Source: Candidatus Komeilibacteria bacterium (GTDB taxonomy: Bacteria > Patescibacteriota > Patescibacteriia > UBA1558 > 2-01-FULL-52-15). Taken from it: a DNA stretch of 57,502 nt. The notes under the pieces are model-generated. The model was given only the letters and a program-made list of their open reading frames with translations. It was not told the origin of the DNA and ran no database searches. The DNA lies in the NCBI GenBank assembly GCA_043801745.1, contig JAZDLR010000025.1, positions 1-57,502 on the forward strand, written 5' to 3'. Position numbers and translations under genes: made by a program. Below are positions 38,472-47,630 of this stretch, one piece after another (within the stretch, counting starts at the first letter, position 1; every line of letters starts with the position of its first letter).

Positions 38472-39746
38472 ATGAATCGTCTGCGGCAAATTTGGCAGGC
38501 CAAAGATCTACGCAATAAAATCTTGTTTGTTTTGGCCATGTTGGTAGTTTACCGTATTGCCGCCCATATCCCCATACCCGGTATTGATGCCAGTAATTTG
38601 AAAGATTTTTTTTCAAGTAATCAAATTTTAGGTTTGGTTAATGTTTTTTCCGGCGGTGGTTTAATGAATTTTTCTATTGTTATGTTGGGCGTCGGTCCCT
38701 ATATCACGGCCTCTATTATTTTGCAGTTGCTCGTCATGATCGTTCCTAAGCTGGAAGAGATTCAGAAAGAAGGGGAGTCAGGTCAGCGGCGCATTAATAA
38801 TTACACCCGTTGGCTGACAGTGCCGTTGGCTATGATCAACGCTTATGGCTTTATAGTTTTATTACAACGTCAGGGACGCGGTTTGATTGGTGAATTAAAT
38901 ATTTTTCAGTGGATTACGGCCATTGTAGTGGCAACAGCCGGCACGATGCTGCTGGTTTGGATTGGTGAGTTGATTACGACCAAGAAAGTTGGTAACGGTA
39001 CTTCATTAATAATCTTTGCCGGTATTGTTGCTTCTTTGCCGGGTTCTATTGGTAATACCTTGGCCGTTTTTGATGCTTCCTCGCAGATTTTTAACATAGT
39101 AATGTTTATTGTGATTGCTATAGTAACTATTATTTCCATCGTCATTATCAGTGAGGGTCAGCGAAATATTCCGGTTTCTTACGCCCGGCAAATACGCGGC
39201 GGATCAACTTTTGGCGGTGTCAATACTCATTTACCTTTGCGCGTGAATCAGGCGGGCGTTATTCCGATTATTTTCGCAATTTCTGTCGTGTTGTTCCCGC
39301 CGTTAGTGGCACGTTTTTTCCAGACTTCAACTGTTGCCTGGGTTGCTAGTTTTTCTGCTCAGGTGATCAATTTTTTTGGTAATCAATTATATTACGGTAT
39401 TATGTATTTTGTTCTGGTTTTTGCCTTTACGTATTTTTATACGGCGGTAATTTTTAAGCCTGATCAGATCGCCGAAAATTTACAAAAGCAGGGTGGTTTT
39501 GTCCCCGGTATACGTCCCGGTCAGCAAACAGCCGAATATCTAATGACAGTGATGAACCGTATTATTTTGGCCGGCGCTTTATTTTTAGGCATTATCTCTG
39601 TTTTGCCGATTATTGTTCAGCAAGCAACCGGCATGGCTACTATGACTATTGGTGGTACCAGTATTTTGATTGTCGTGGCTGTAGTCATTGAAACCGTCAA
39701 ACAAATTGACGCCCAGTTGGTGATGAGGGATTACGACGGGCTGTAG
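38472..39746 (+). CDS. secY: Preprotein translocase SecY
   Basis: GVGPYITASII, GVIPIIFA, PGIRPG. Confidence 0.99.
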   Translation: MNRLRQIWQAKDLRNKILFVLAMLVVYRIAAHIPIPGIDASNLKDFFSSNQILGLVNVFSGGGLMNFSIVMLGVGPYITASIILQLLVMIVPKLEEIQKEGESGQRRINNYTRWLTVPLAMINAYGFIVLLQRQGRGLIGELNIFQWITAIVVATAGTMLLVWIGELITTKKVGNGTSLIIFAGIVASLPGSIGNTLAVFDASSQIFNIVMFIVIAIVTIISIVIISEGQRNIPVSYARQIRGGSTFGGVNTHLPLRVNQAGVIPIIFAISVVLFPPLVARFFQTSTVAWVASFSAQVINFFGNQLYYGIMYFVLVFAFTYFYTAVIFKPDQIAENLQKQGGFVPGIRPGQQTAEYLMTVMNRIILAGALFLGIISVLPIIVQQATGMATMTIGGTSILIVVAVVIETVKQIDAQLVMRDYDGL

Positions 39747-39810
39747 GAAAAATTTTGATTCAAAGCGTCTATTTAGGCATAATAATTTAGATATTATTTT
39801 TTGTCGGGGG

Positions 39811-39862
39811 TTGACACAAAAGTCTTGCTGTGTTATAGTCATTTGTCTCTTTGGTTCTTTGA
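39811..39862 (+). promoter_or_regulatory. Promoter plus boxA-like motif of the secY-adk insert
   Basis: TTGACA-17-TATAGT with extended TG; GGTTCTTTGA at 39853. Confidence 0.7.
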
Positions 39863-39892
39863 TTTTAAATCTTCCACCGTAACGGAGGTATC

Positions 39893-40204
39893 ATGGCTCG
39901 CAGGAAAAACCCCATCATTGCCGGCAATTGCGTCGGCATTGAGGATCGGACCGGTCATGTTTTCGTCTATGACCCTTCCAAACCGGAGGAGAAGCTGTTG
40001 TTGCCCGATGGCAGACGCTTTATCCCTACGCACTTAGCCAGAAAGAGGGGTCCTCTGGTCTTTCGTCTAATGGCTGAAGTCATGGCCACTAGCAGAGGCT
40101 TGGCTGTGTCGGGTGTCGGTCTTCGGCAAGATGCTGACGTTTTCTTTTGTCAGCTGATTAAGCTGAAGCGCCGGCTGAGACGAAAAAAGAAGGTAGCAGC
40201 ATAA
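39893..40204 (+). CDS. Orphan basic hypothetical protein
   Basis: ACGGAGGT SD. Confidence 0.7.
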   Translation: MARRKNPIIAGNCVGIEDRTGHVFVYDPSKPEEKLLLPDGRRFIPTHLARKRGPLVFRLMAEVMATSRGLAVSGVGLRQDADVFFCQLIKLKRRLRRKKKVAA

Positions 40205-40225
40205 GATCAGAAAAGGAGGAACAGC

Positions 40226-40393
40226 ATGCCGCTTTTTTTTGTCGAGCCGGTAGTAGCCGGTGCCGAATGGGTTTCGGTGACCAACGTGATTTATGTCGGC
40301 GGGATCGCTGTCATGATTGCTGTGGTCATTGGCTTGTGGCAGTCAGCCATTGACGCCCTAAGAAGCCTGAAAACCCATCAGGTGAAACGCTAG
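40226..40393 (+). CDS. 55-aa single-TM peptide (not in the ORF track)
   Basis: AAGGAGG SD; hydrophobic core; terminator at about 40394-40433. Confidence 0.6.
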   Translation: MPLFFVEPVVAGAEWVSVTNVIYVGGIAVMIAVVIGLWQSAIDALRSLKTHQVKR

Positions 40394-40472
40394 ACAGGGG
40401 GGCCGGTCCGTAAGGACTAGGCCCCTTTTTGTTTGTAATAAAGGTCTAGTTGGGGTAAAATGCCTGCGTTCC

Positions 40473-41129
40473 ATGACTGAAGCGAAAAAAATACGAACTG
40501 ACCTAAAATTGGCCTTCTTAGGGCCTCAAGGTTCGGGTAAGGGTACCCAAGCTCAGATTTTGGCTGACCGTTTTCACTATACTGTTTTAGGCATGGGAGC
40601 AATGCTGCGCGAAGCCGCCAAAGCGCAAACTCCGGAAGCTGAGGAGATTAAGCGTTTAACTACTGCCGGAGTACTAGTACCTACAGAGCTGACGATTACC
40701 ATATTGCTTAATCATTTGAAGCAGTTGACTGCCAGCGGTTTAATTCTTGATGGCTTTCCCCGCAGTTTGGATCAGGCGGAACAACTGGAGCAGATTCGAC
40801 CATTGGATAGCGTTGTGGTTTTTGAAATTAGTGACCAGGAAGCAATCCGGCGTATTGTGACGCGCGTCAGCTGTCCGCAAGAACACGTTTTTAACACTAT
40901 TACTCACCCGCCGAAAGTGTCAGGCATTTGCGATTACGACGGTCAGCCGCTAACTCGCCGTGAAGATGATCAGGAAGAAGCTGTGCGGCAACGGTTAGCA
41001 ATTTATCACGCCGAAACGGCCAAGGTGATTGATTACTATCAATCTTTAAATAAATTACTACGGGTTAATGGTGAGCAGGAGATTGGTCGCATCGCCCATC
41101 ATTTAGAGTTATTATTGCGACAGCTATGA
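40473..41129 (+). CDS. adk: Adenylate kinase
   Basis: GPQGSGKGTQ, LDGFPR, RREDD. Confidence 0.97.
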   Translation: MTEAKKIRTDLKLAFLGPQGSGKGTQAQILADRFHYTVLGMGAMLREAAKAQTPEAEEIKRLTTAGVLVPTELTITILLNHLKQLTASGLILDGFPRSLDQAEQLEQIRPLDSVVVFEISDQEAIRRIVTRVSCPQEHVFNTITHPPKVSGICDYDGQPLTRREDDQEEAVRQRLAIYHAETAKVIDYYQSLNKLLRVNGEQEIGRIAHHLELLLRQL

Positions 41130-41869
41130 AATCTTTTACGCCCGCGGAAATTGAATCTTTAGTTCAAGGTGGCGCTCATTTGCGCCGTATTTTAGCTGCA
41201 GTCGCGCAGATGGTTAAGCCGGGAGTGTCCGGAATTGAATTGAACGCCGCGGCGGAAAAATTAATTGCCGCTGCCGGAGCTAAACCGGCCTTCAAAGGCT
41301 ACGGGCAACCGCCTTATCCTAACGCGCTCTGTGTCTCCATTAATGACTGCGTGGTTCATGGTATTGCTCAGCAACAACCCTTGAAGCAGGGCGACATTGT
41401 TTCTTTAGATTGCGGTATTGAATATCAGGGATTATTTACTGACGCTGCTACGACTATTCCGGTCGGTAAAATTTCTGCGCGGGCCAGCGATTTAATTGCT
41501 ACGGCTAAAAAATCTTTAGATCTGGCCGTAAAAACTTTGCGCGCGGGTATTACTACCGGTGATTTAGGAGCCACGGTGCAAGCTTTTGTTGAGCAGCAGG
41601 GTTTTGCCGTTGTCCGTGAATATACCGGACACGGAGTCGGCCACCTGGTGCACGATGATCCGCCAATTCCCAATTTCGGCCAGCCCGGGCAGGGCGTGCG
41701 TTTGACGCTAGGAATGGTTATAGCTATTGAGCCTATGATTACTGCCGGTGATTGGAAGGTGCGGGTGAGAGATAATCAGTGGGATGTTGTCACGGTTGAT
41801 GGTTCATTAGCGGCTCATTTTGAACATACGGTAGTGATTACTTCGGACGGCTGCCGCGTTTTAACTTAA
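41126..41869 (+). CDS. map: Methionine aminopeptidase type I
   Basis: VVHGI, GHGVG, AIEPM, HFEHTV. Confidence 0.98.
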   Translation: MKSFTPAEIESLVQGGAHLRRILAAVAQMVKPGVSGIELNAAAEKLIAAAGAKPAFKGYGQPPYPNALCVSINDCVVHGIAQQQPLKQGDIVSLDCGIEYQGLFTDAATTIPVGKISARASDLIATAKKSLDLAVKTLRAGITTGDLGATVQAFVEQQGFAVVREYTGHGVGHLVHDDPPIPNFGQPGQGVRLTLGMVIAIEPMITAGDWKVRVRDNQWDVVTVDGSLAAHFEHTVVITSDGCRVLT

Positions 41870-41873
41870 TCTT

Positions 41874-42260
41874 ATGCTGTTAGGAATCGATTATGGCGAT
41901 AAGCGGATCGGTCTGGCTCTGGCTGAAGAGCGGGGACCGGCTTTGCCCTGGAAAATTTTGACTAATAGCTCTTTGCAGCAGGTTTTGGCTGATTTGCAGG
42001 CTATAGTTCTGGCGCAGAATGTAACAACTTTAGTAGTGGGTTGGCCGGTCAATATGTCAGGTCAGATGACTGAACGCACCAAGATTACGGAGGTTTTTGT
42101 GCAGGCAGTCCGGGACGCCATTAATTGTCCGGTAATTTTGGAAGATGAGCGTTGGAGTTCCAAGATTATTGTTAGGGCTGGTATATCTGGGGTTATTGAC
42201 GATAAATCAGCTGCATATATTTTACAAACCTATATTGACCGCAGCCATGTGGTGGATTAA
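41874..42260 (+). CDS. yqgF: RuvX/YqgF pre-16S rRNA nuclease
   Basis: LGIDYGDKRIGLA, DERWSS, SAAYILQ. Confidence 0.93.
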   Translation: MLLGIDYGDKRIGLALAEERGPALPWKILTNSSLQQVLADLQAIVLAQNVTTLVVGWPVNMSGQMTERTKITEVFVQAVRDAINCPVILEDERWSSKIIVRAGISGVIDDKSAAYILQTYIDRSHVVD

Positions 42261-43317
42261 AATTATTGCTTTATTTCTGGCTTCCGGCATTGTCGGCTGG
42301 CTCTGTACCTGGTTGGTGCGCCGGTTGGCAATAGTTGGTAAGGTATTAGATATACCCGACGATTCGCGCAGGATTCATCAACAGCCCATTCCTTTACTTG
42401 GTGGCTGGGCTTTGTATCTGACAACATTAATTATGACTCTCTGGCTCTATGCCATGGGTCAGGTCAACGATCCCAAGGTGAGTTTGAATCTACTGTTGGG
42501 ATTTTTTATCTCTGGAGCTATTTTGATGCTCGGCGGCTGGCTGGATGACAAGTGGCGGCTGAATTCTTATCAATCTTTAGCGTTTCCGCTTACTGCCGTG
42601 ATTATTGTCATTTTCTCCGGTTTAAAAATGCCTTTTATTACTAATCCTTTTGGCGGATTATTATATTTTCAACAGTGGGAGTCGCTGATATTGGGCGGCC
42701 TTATCAGTTTCACGGGATTATTAATGTTTTTATGGTTAATGACAACCATCTATACCGTTAAATTGTTGGATGGATTGGATGGTTTAGCCAGCTCAATTTC
42801 TTTGGTAGCCATGCTGGTGATTTTTGTCGTAAGTTTATTTTGGGATGCGCCGCACTCATTAACTTCCTATTTATCAATCATTATTGCCGGCGCTCTGATT
42901 GGTTTTTTGTTGTGGAATTGGTATCCGGCCAAAATTTTTTTGGGTGAAAGTGGCAGTACTTGGTTGGGATTTGTCCTGGGTTTTTTAGCTATCGTTACCG
43001 GCGGTAAAATTGCTACCGCTCTTTTGGTTATGGGTATTCCTTTACTGGACGTGATTTGGGTCATTGCGCGGCGTTTGATCCAGAGGAAAAATATTATGAT
43101 TGGTGATGCTGGTCATTTGCATTTTCGCCTGTTGGCTTTAGGTTGGAGTCAGCGCCGGGTAGTGATTACTTTAGCCATTGTTTCTTTGCTTTTTGGCAGC
43201 GTTTCTTTCTTTACCACGACCGGAGGTAAGATTACCGCCCTGGCGGTGTTACTATTACTAATGATTGGCTCGGTTATTTATTTACTACGGCATGAAAAAG
43301 AAAAAGAACATTTATAA
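42247..43317 (+). CDS. Undecaprenyl-phosphate GlcNAc-1-P transferase (WecA/TagO, GT4/MraY-like)
   Basis: LDD, DGLDGLA, PAKIFLGESG, HLH. Confidence 0.9.
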   Translation: MWWIKIIALFLASGIVGWLCTWLVRRLAIVGKVLDIPDDSRRIHQQPIPLLGGWALYLTTLIMTLWLYAMGQVNDPKVSLNLLLGFFISGAILMLGGWLDDKWRLNSYQSLAFPLTAVIIVIFSGLKMPFITNPFGGLLYFQQWESLILGGLISFTGLLMFLWLMTTIYTVKLLDGLDGLASSISLVAMLVIFVVSLFWDAPHSLTSYLSIIIAGALIGFLLWNWYPAKIFLGESGSTWLGFVLGFLAIVTGGKIATALLVMGIPLLDVIWVIARRLIQRKNIMIGDAGHLHFRLLALGWSQRRVVITLAIVSLLFGSVSFFTTTGGKITALAVLLLLMIGSVIYLLRHEKEKEHL

Positions 43318-43753
43318 AATCTTTATAGTAATTGTCTTACTGGCTTTGGGAGTATATGGTTATTGGCAGACTCGGGTTAATACGATCAAATCAGTAGTTA
43401 TAGCCGGACAACAAATCGCGGTACAGGCGGTGAGTAGTCCGGATGATCTGGCCAAAGGTTTGGCCGGGGCGGCAGATTTACCCTGGGATAAAGGTATGTT
43501 GTTTCTTTTTCCCCGGCAGGGGAATTATAAATTTTGGATGAAAGATATGCTGATTCCTTTAGATATTATTTGGTTGCGGGGTAATATGGTGGTTGCTATC
43601 AGTCGGGAGGTTTTGCCCCCGGCCGATCTTAATCATCAGACTGATTTACCCCTGTATTCTTCCCGCGAGCCGATTGATTCTGTTTTGGAGCTTAGGAGCG
43701 GATTTGCTGACCGTTATGGAGTGCAGGTGGGAGATAGTGTGGTAATTAAATAG
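43292..43753 (+). CDS. DUF192 family protein
   Basis: GMLF, FWMKDMLIPLDIIW, VLE. Confidence 0.88.
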   Translation: MKKKKNIYKIFIVIVLLALGVYGYWQTRVNTIKSVVIAGQQIAVQAVSSPDDLAKGLAGAADLPWDKGMLFLFPRQGNYKFWMKDMLIPLDIIWLRGNMVVAISREVLPPADLNHQTDLPLYSSREPIDSVLELRSGFADRYGVQVGDSVVIK

Positions 43754-43825
43754 GCTTGACATTCTGCCTATTGACAGGGTGGAATTTTTAACGTAAAGTA
43801 GCGGAGTAATTAAAGCTATTATTAT

Positions 43826-44137
43826 ATGTTTGCAGTCATAAAAACCGGCGGAAAACAGTATGTGGTCCAAGAAGGCCAATCTTTACGCGTTGAAAAATTA
43901 GAGCACGCTGATGGTAAGAAAATTGTCTTTTCCGAAATTTTGCTGGTAGTTGATGGTGAAACTATAACCGTGGGTAATCCCACAGTGAAGGGAGCATCTG
44001 TCGAAGCCCAATTAGTTCGTGACGGCAAGGCCAAGAAGGTGATTGTCGGTAAGTATCATGCTAAGACACGTTACAAGAGAACCCGCGGCCATAGGCAGCA
44101 ATTCACCGAAGTGAAGATTTCCGCGATCAAGAAGTAA
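43826..44137 (+). CDS. rplU: 50S ribosomal protein bL21
   Basis: MFAVIKTGGKQY, GHRQQFT. Confidence 0.99.
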   Translation: MFAVIKTGGKQYVVQEGQSLRVEKLEHADGKKIVFSEILLVVDGETITVGNPTVKGASVEAQLVRDGKAKKVIVGKYHAKTRYKRTRGHRQQFTEVKISAIKK

Positions 44138-44189
44138 TATATCTAAACAAGAGACGCATCCGATGCGTCTCTTTTGGTTTGAGGTGGTC

Positions 44190-44786
44190 TTATACTTCTT
44201 TTCTATTTTCTAAGGCTGAAGATAAAGTTATTTCGTCGGTATATTCAATATTGCTGCCCATAGGCAGTCCGCGGGCTGGTTTGGTAATTTTGATTCCTGC
44301 GGGCTTAATAATTTTGGTTAAATATAGGGCGGTTGATTCGCCTTCAATGGTTGGATCCAACGCCAGAATGATTTCCTGAATCTGGTGGTCCTTGATCCGT
44401 TGCATCAGTTCCTTGACTTTAAGCGCTTCGGGTGTAATTCCTTCTAAGGGATTCAGTAGGCCATGGAGAATATGATAAGTACCACGGTAATTTTGTACCC
44501 GCTCTACTGCTTCTAAATCTTGACTCTGGGCCACGACGCAGATTTGTTGTTGATTGCGGTTGGCATCGCGGCAGATGGAGCAGAGAGTTTGATCCGACAG
44601 ATTCTGACATTGTAAACAGAAAATCGTTTTGCTGCTGGCCTCGGCTAGATCGGCAGCAAACTGCTGGGCTGATGACTGATCTTGTAAGACAAAGAAGGCC
44701 AGGCGGGTGGCGGCTTTTGGACCAATGCCAGGTAGGCGGTCAAAGTGTTCAACTAATTTGCGGACAAAATCGGGTAAGTAGTTCAT
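44190..44786 (-). CDS. recR: Recombination protein RecR
   Basis: LPGIGPK HhH, C4 Zn finger, TOPRIM EGESTA. Confidence 0.98.
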   Translation of the reverse strand: MNYLPDFVRKLVEHFDRLPGIGPKAATRLAFFVLQDQSSAQQFAADLAEASSKTIFCLQCQNLSDQTLCSICRDANRNQQQICVVAQSQDLEAVERVQNYRGTYHILHGLLNPLEGITPEALKVKELMQRIKDHQIQEIILALDPTIEGESTALYLTKIIKPAGIKITKPARGLPMGSNIEYTDEITLSSALENRKEV

Positions 44787-44827
44787 TAGGAGTTGGGAGT
44801 TCGAAGTTAGGAGTAAGGGGTATGGTG

Positions 44828-45142
44828 TTATTGCTTGTCACTACCACCGAAGCCGGGTAGATTCAATCCGCCCATTTCACGGACCTTCTCGGCCATTATC
44901 CGCTGAACCTTTTTTAGGCCCTTGTTCATGGCTTCAAGTAATTCATTTTCTAGGGCTTGTTTTTTTTCCGGCCGTAACCACTCGCTGCTAATATTCAAGC
45001 TCTTAACTTCCTGGTTGCCGTCGATTACCAGTTTAACGGCGCCAGTCTCAATGGTGACTGTTTCAACGGCTAATTTATTTTTTATTGAATTAGCTTGTTT
45101 GCGCAAATCATTGAACTGTTTGAGTTTGTTGAACATGGCCAT
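44828..45142 (-). CDS. ybaB: Nucleoid-associated protein YbaB/EbfC
   Basis: Size, GAVKLVIDGNQEV, adjacency to recR. Confidence 0.88.
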   Translation of the reverse strand: MAMFNKLKQFNDLRKQANSIKNKLAVETVTIETGAVKLVIDGNQEVKSLNISSEWLRPEKKQALENELLEAMNKGLKKVQRIMAEKVREMGGLNLPGFGGSDKQ

Positions 45143-45179
45143 AAGTATAAATTTAAAATTAAGAAATTATAAATAAAAA

Positions 45180-46622
45180 TTAAGAATTAAAATTAGGTTG
45201 CGTAACCGGAGGAGTGAAAGGCAGATCAGTGGGACTTTCAAAGTAGCGCGGAGTGGCTACCGGGGCTTCCTGGCGGGAGTATTTTTCCTGTTCCAGACTG
45301 CGGAAAGAAACGATGTTTTCATCAAAGAAGAGACGAATAAGGCCGGTCGGTCCATTGCGGTGTTTCTCAATGTGGATCTCGGCTAAGTGTTTTTCTTCAT
45401 CCGGACATTCACCACGGCTTTTATCTTTAGCCCGGCGGTAGATAAACATTACCACGTCAGCGTCTTGTTCAATAGAGCCGGATTCGCGCAAGTCGGCTAA
45501 TTTCGGAATAGCCGGTGAGCGCATTTCCACTTGCCGCGATAGCTGGGACAGAGCCAGTACCGGTATTTGCAGTTCGCGGGCAATAGCTTTTAGTCCACGG
45601 GTAATTTCTGCCACTTCCTGAACGCGGCTTTCGGTACTGCGGGCCTCCATTAACTGTAAATAGTCAATAATCAGCAAGTCTAATCCGTGTTCTAGTTTAA
45701 GCCGACGAGCTTTGGTCCGGACTTCCATAACATTAATTGAAGCAGTGTCATCAATATAAATTTTGGCTTCGGATAAAACTCCCATAGCCTGTCCGATACG
45801 GGGAAAATCATCATCACCTTCACGGTCGGATAAGCGTCCGGTTCTCATTTTCCACAGGTCAACTCCGGCCTGGGCGCACAGTAATTTGTCCACTAATTGT
45901 TCCTTGGACATTTCTAAACTAAAGACGCCGACCGAGGATTTACTCTTGACCGCCACGTGCCGCAAAATATCTAAAGCCAGGGTAGTTTTACCGATAGAAG
46001 GACGGGCAGCCAAAATAATTAAGTCGGATTTTTGGAAGCCAGCCAGGATATTGTCCAGGTCGGCATAACCGGTAGGCAGACCGCGGATCTTTCCGGCTTC
46101 TTTGTGTAATTCATCAATGCGGTCAAAGGTTTCGGTTAAAATACTTTTGATGGGGATGAAATTTTGTTTCAAATAGCGCTGGGAGATATGGAAGAGCTTC
46201 TGTTCGGCTTGATCCAGTAGAATATCCACGTCTTCCTGCTCGTTGAAACTGGACTCGGAAATATCTGCTGCGGCGCGTTCCAATTTACGTAAAGTGGCCT
46301 TCTTCTGGATAATGGTAGCATAGTGGACCACGTTAGAGGCCGTAGCCACACTTTCGGCCAGGGTGCTAAGGAAAGTCATGCCACCAATGGTATCCAGCTG
46401 TCCGGAATCTTTCAGGTAACTACTAAGAGACAAAACGTCAATCGGCTCCCGGTGTTCATACAGACCAAGCATGGCAGCGAAAACATCGCCATGGCCGGCT
46501 TTATAGAAATCCTCAGGCGTTATCAGGTCAGCTATCTTGGTAATAGCCTCCTTATCCAGCAGCAAAGCTCCTAATAGGCTGGTTTCGGCGTCAAGATTGT
46601 GGGGTGGTATTCGGGTGGCCAT
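45180..46622 (-). CDS. dnaB: Replicative DNA helicase
   Basis: AARPSIGKT, IDYLQL, LRESGSIEQDAD, KHRNGP. Confidence 0.99.
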   Translation of the reverse strand: MATRIPPHNLDAETSLLGALLLDKEAITKIADLITPEDFYKAGHGDVFAAMLGLYEHREPIDVLSLSSYLKDSGQLDTIGGMTFLSTLAESVATASNVVHYATIIQKKATLRKLERAAADISESSFNEQEDVDILLDQAEQKLFHISQRYLKQNFIPIKSILTETFDRIDELHKEAGKIRGLPTGYADLDNILAGFQKSDLIILAARPSIGKTTLALDILRHVAVKSKSSVGVFSLEMSKEQLVDKLLCAQAGVDLWKMRTGRLSDREGDDDFPRIGQAMGVLSEAKIYIDDTASINVMEVRTKARRLKLEHGLDLLIIDYLQLMEARSTESRVQEVAEITRGLKAIARELQIPVLALSQLSRQVEMRSPAIPKLADLRESGSIEQDADVVMFIYRRAKDKSRGECPDEEKHLAEIHIEKHRNGPTGLIRLFFDENIVSFRSLEQEKYSRQEAPVATPRYFESPTDLPFTPPVTQPNFNS

Positions 46623-46777
46623 AGTAGGCTCATTTTACTCTGTGACGGAGTCTTTTTCAAGTCGGTTTTTGTACCCCACTTATGACCAGTTTTTGAACAA
46701 AAAACCGCTTAGCCGTAGGCCAAGTGGTTGTGTAAAGTAATTAAGATAGTGTGGGTTTTAAAGACTAATCCTTTCTA

Positions 46778-47068
46778 CTACCCATGATGTATGGCGTCTC
46801 TAAGATGCGGAAATCCTAGCTCATTTAAATCAAAACCCCTTGATCCAAATTCTTGCACCAGACGATCAAGGCTGGTATTAGCTTCTTTTTTGTCGTGGGA
46901 GTGAGTATTTATAGTCTCTCTTACAACCGAAATATCATCTCTAAATTCCAGCAAATTACGACCCTCGCTTTCAAGTATATCGTGAAGCTTTTGTGTAATT
47001 TGGTCTAGGGCTCCGTTTGCCTCTAATTTAAGGTCACGGCCTAATTTTGGCCTTTCCATAGTTTCCAT
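46778..47068 (-). CDS. Hypothetical protein
   Basis: 96-aa ORF with AT-rich upstream region. Confidence 0.55.
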   Translation of the reverse strand: METMERPKLGRDLKLEANGALDQITQKLHDILESEGRNLLEFRDDISVVRETINTHSHDKKEANTSLDRLVQEFGSRGFDLNELGFPHLRDAIHHG

Positions 47069-47196
47069 AGATTATGGTTAATAATTATTAGCCCTGTTAT
47101 TATACAAGGATATTCAGAGCGAAGCAATAGAAATTTTTTGTTATTTTTGATTGACAAAATGGAATGTTTTAGGTATTCTTTTAACGTCATTTTATT

Positions 47197-47273
47197 GGGT
47201 CCATAGCTCAGCCTGGTAGAGCAGTTGCCTTTTAAGCAAACGGTCGGAGGTTCGAATCCTCCTGGACCCACCA
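47197..47273 (+). tRNA. tRNA-Lys(TTT)
   Basis: GGGTCCA/TGGACCC acceptor stem, TTCGAAT T-loop, encoded CCA; promoter TTGACA(47151)-17-TATTCT. Confidence 0.97.
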
Positions 47274-47436
47274 TTCTTCGCGAAGCGAAGAATGTCATCC
47301 GTAGCCTTGGCGAAGGATGACAAGAAACAAAAATCAGTGCCAAATCATTGGGCTACGAATGGCACAGCCAATAATATAGTTAAACATCTAAGCAGGTCGG
47401 GCGGGACAGTCCTTTTTATTTGTCCGCCTCTGGCAG

Positions 47437-47477
47437 AAGCAAACGGTCGTCCCGCCGCGGCGGGACTGGACCCACCA
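47437..47477 (+). pseudogene. Degenerate duplicate of the tRNA-Lys 3' half with the T-arm replaced by a palindrome
   Basis: AAGCAAACGGTCG-[TCCCGCCGCGGCGGGA]-CTGGACCCACCA. Confidence 0.8.
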
Positions 47478-47630
47478 TTCTTCGCGCAGTGAAGGATGAC
47501 GAAAAACACCAATCAGTGTCCAATCAATTGGCTACGAATGTCACAGCCACTACACCTTTTAATGTAAATGTATTGGTATAAACGATAGGTTCACTAAACT
47601 GAATCTATTTTTTTATGCTATAATAGCAAT

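Noticed and set aside
47041-47492. ORFs overlapping tRNA-Lys (and 56847-57104 over tRNA-Asn)
   Set aside because: Translations of tRNA and repeat sequence
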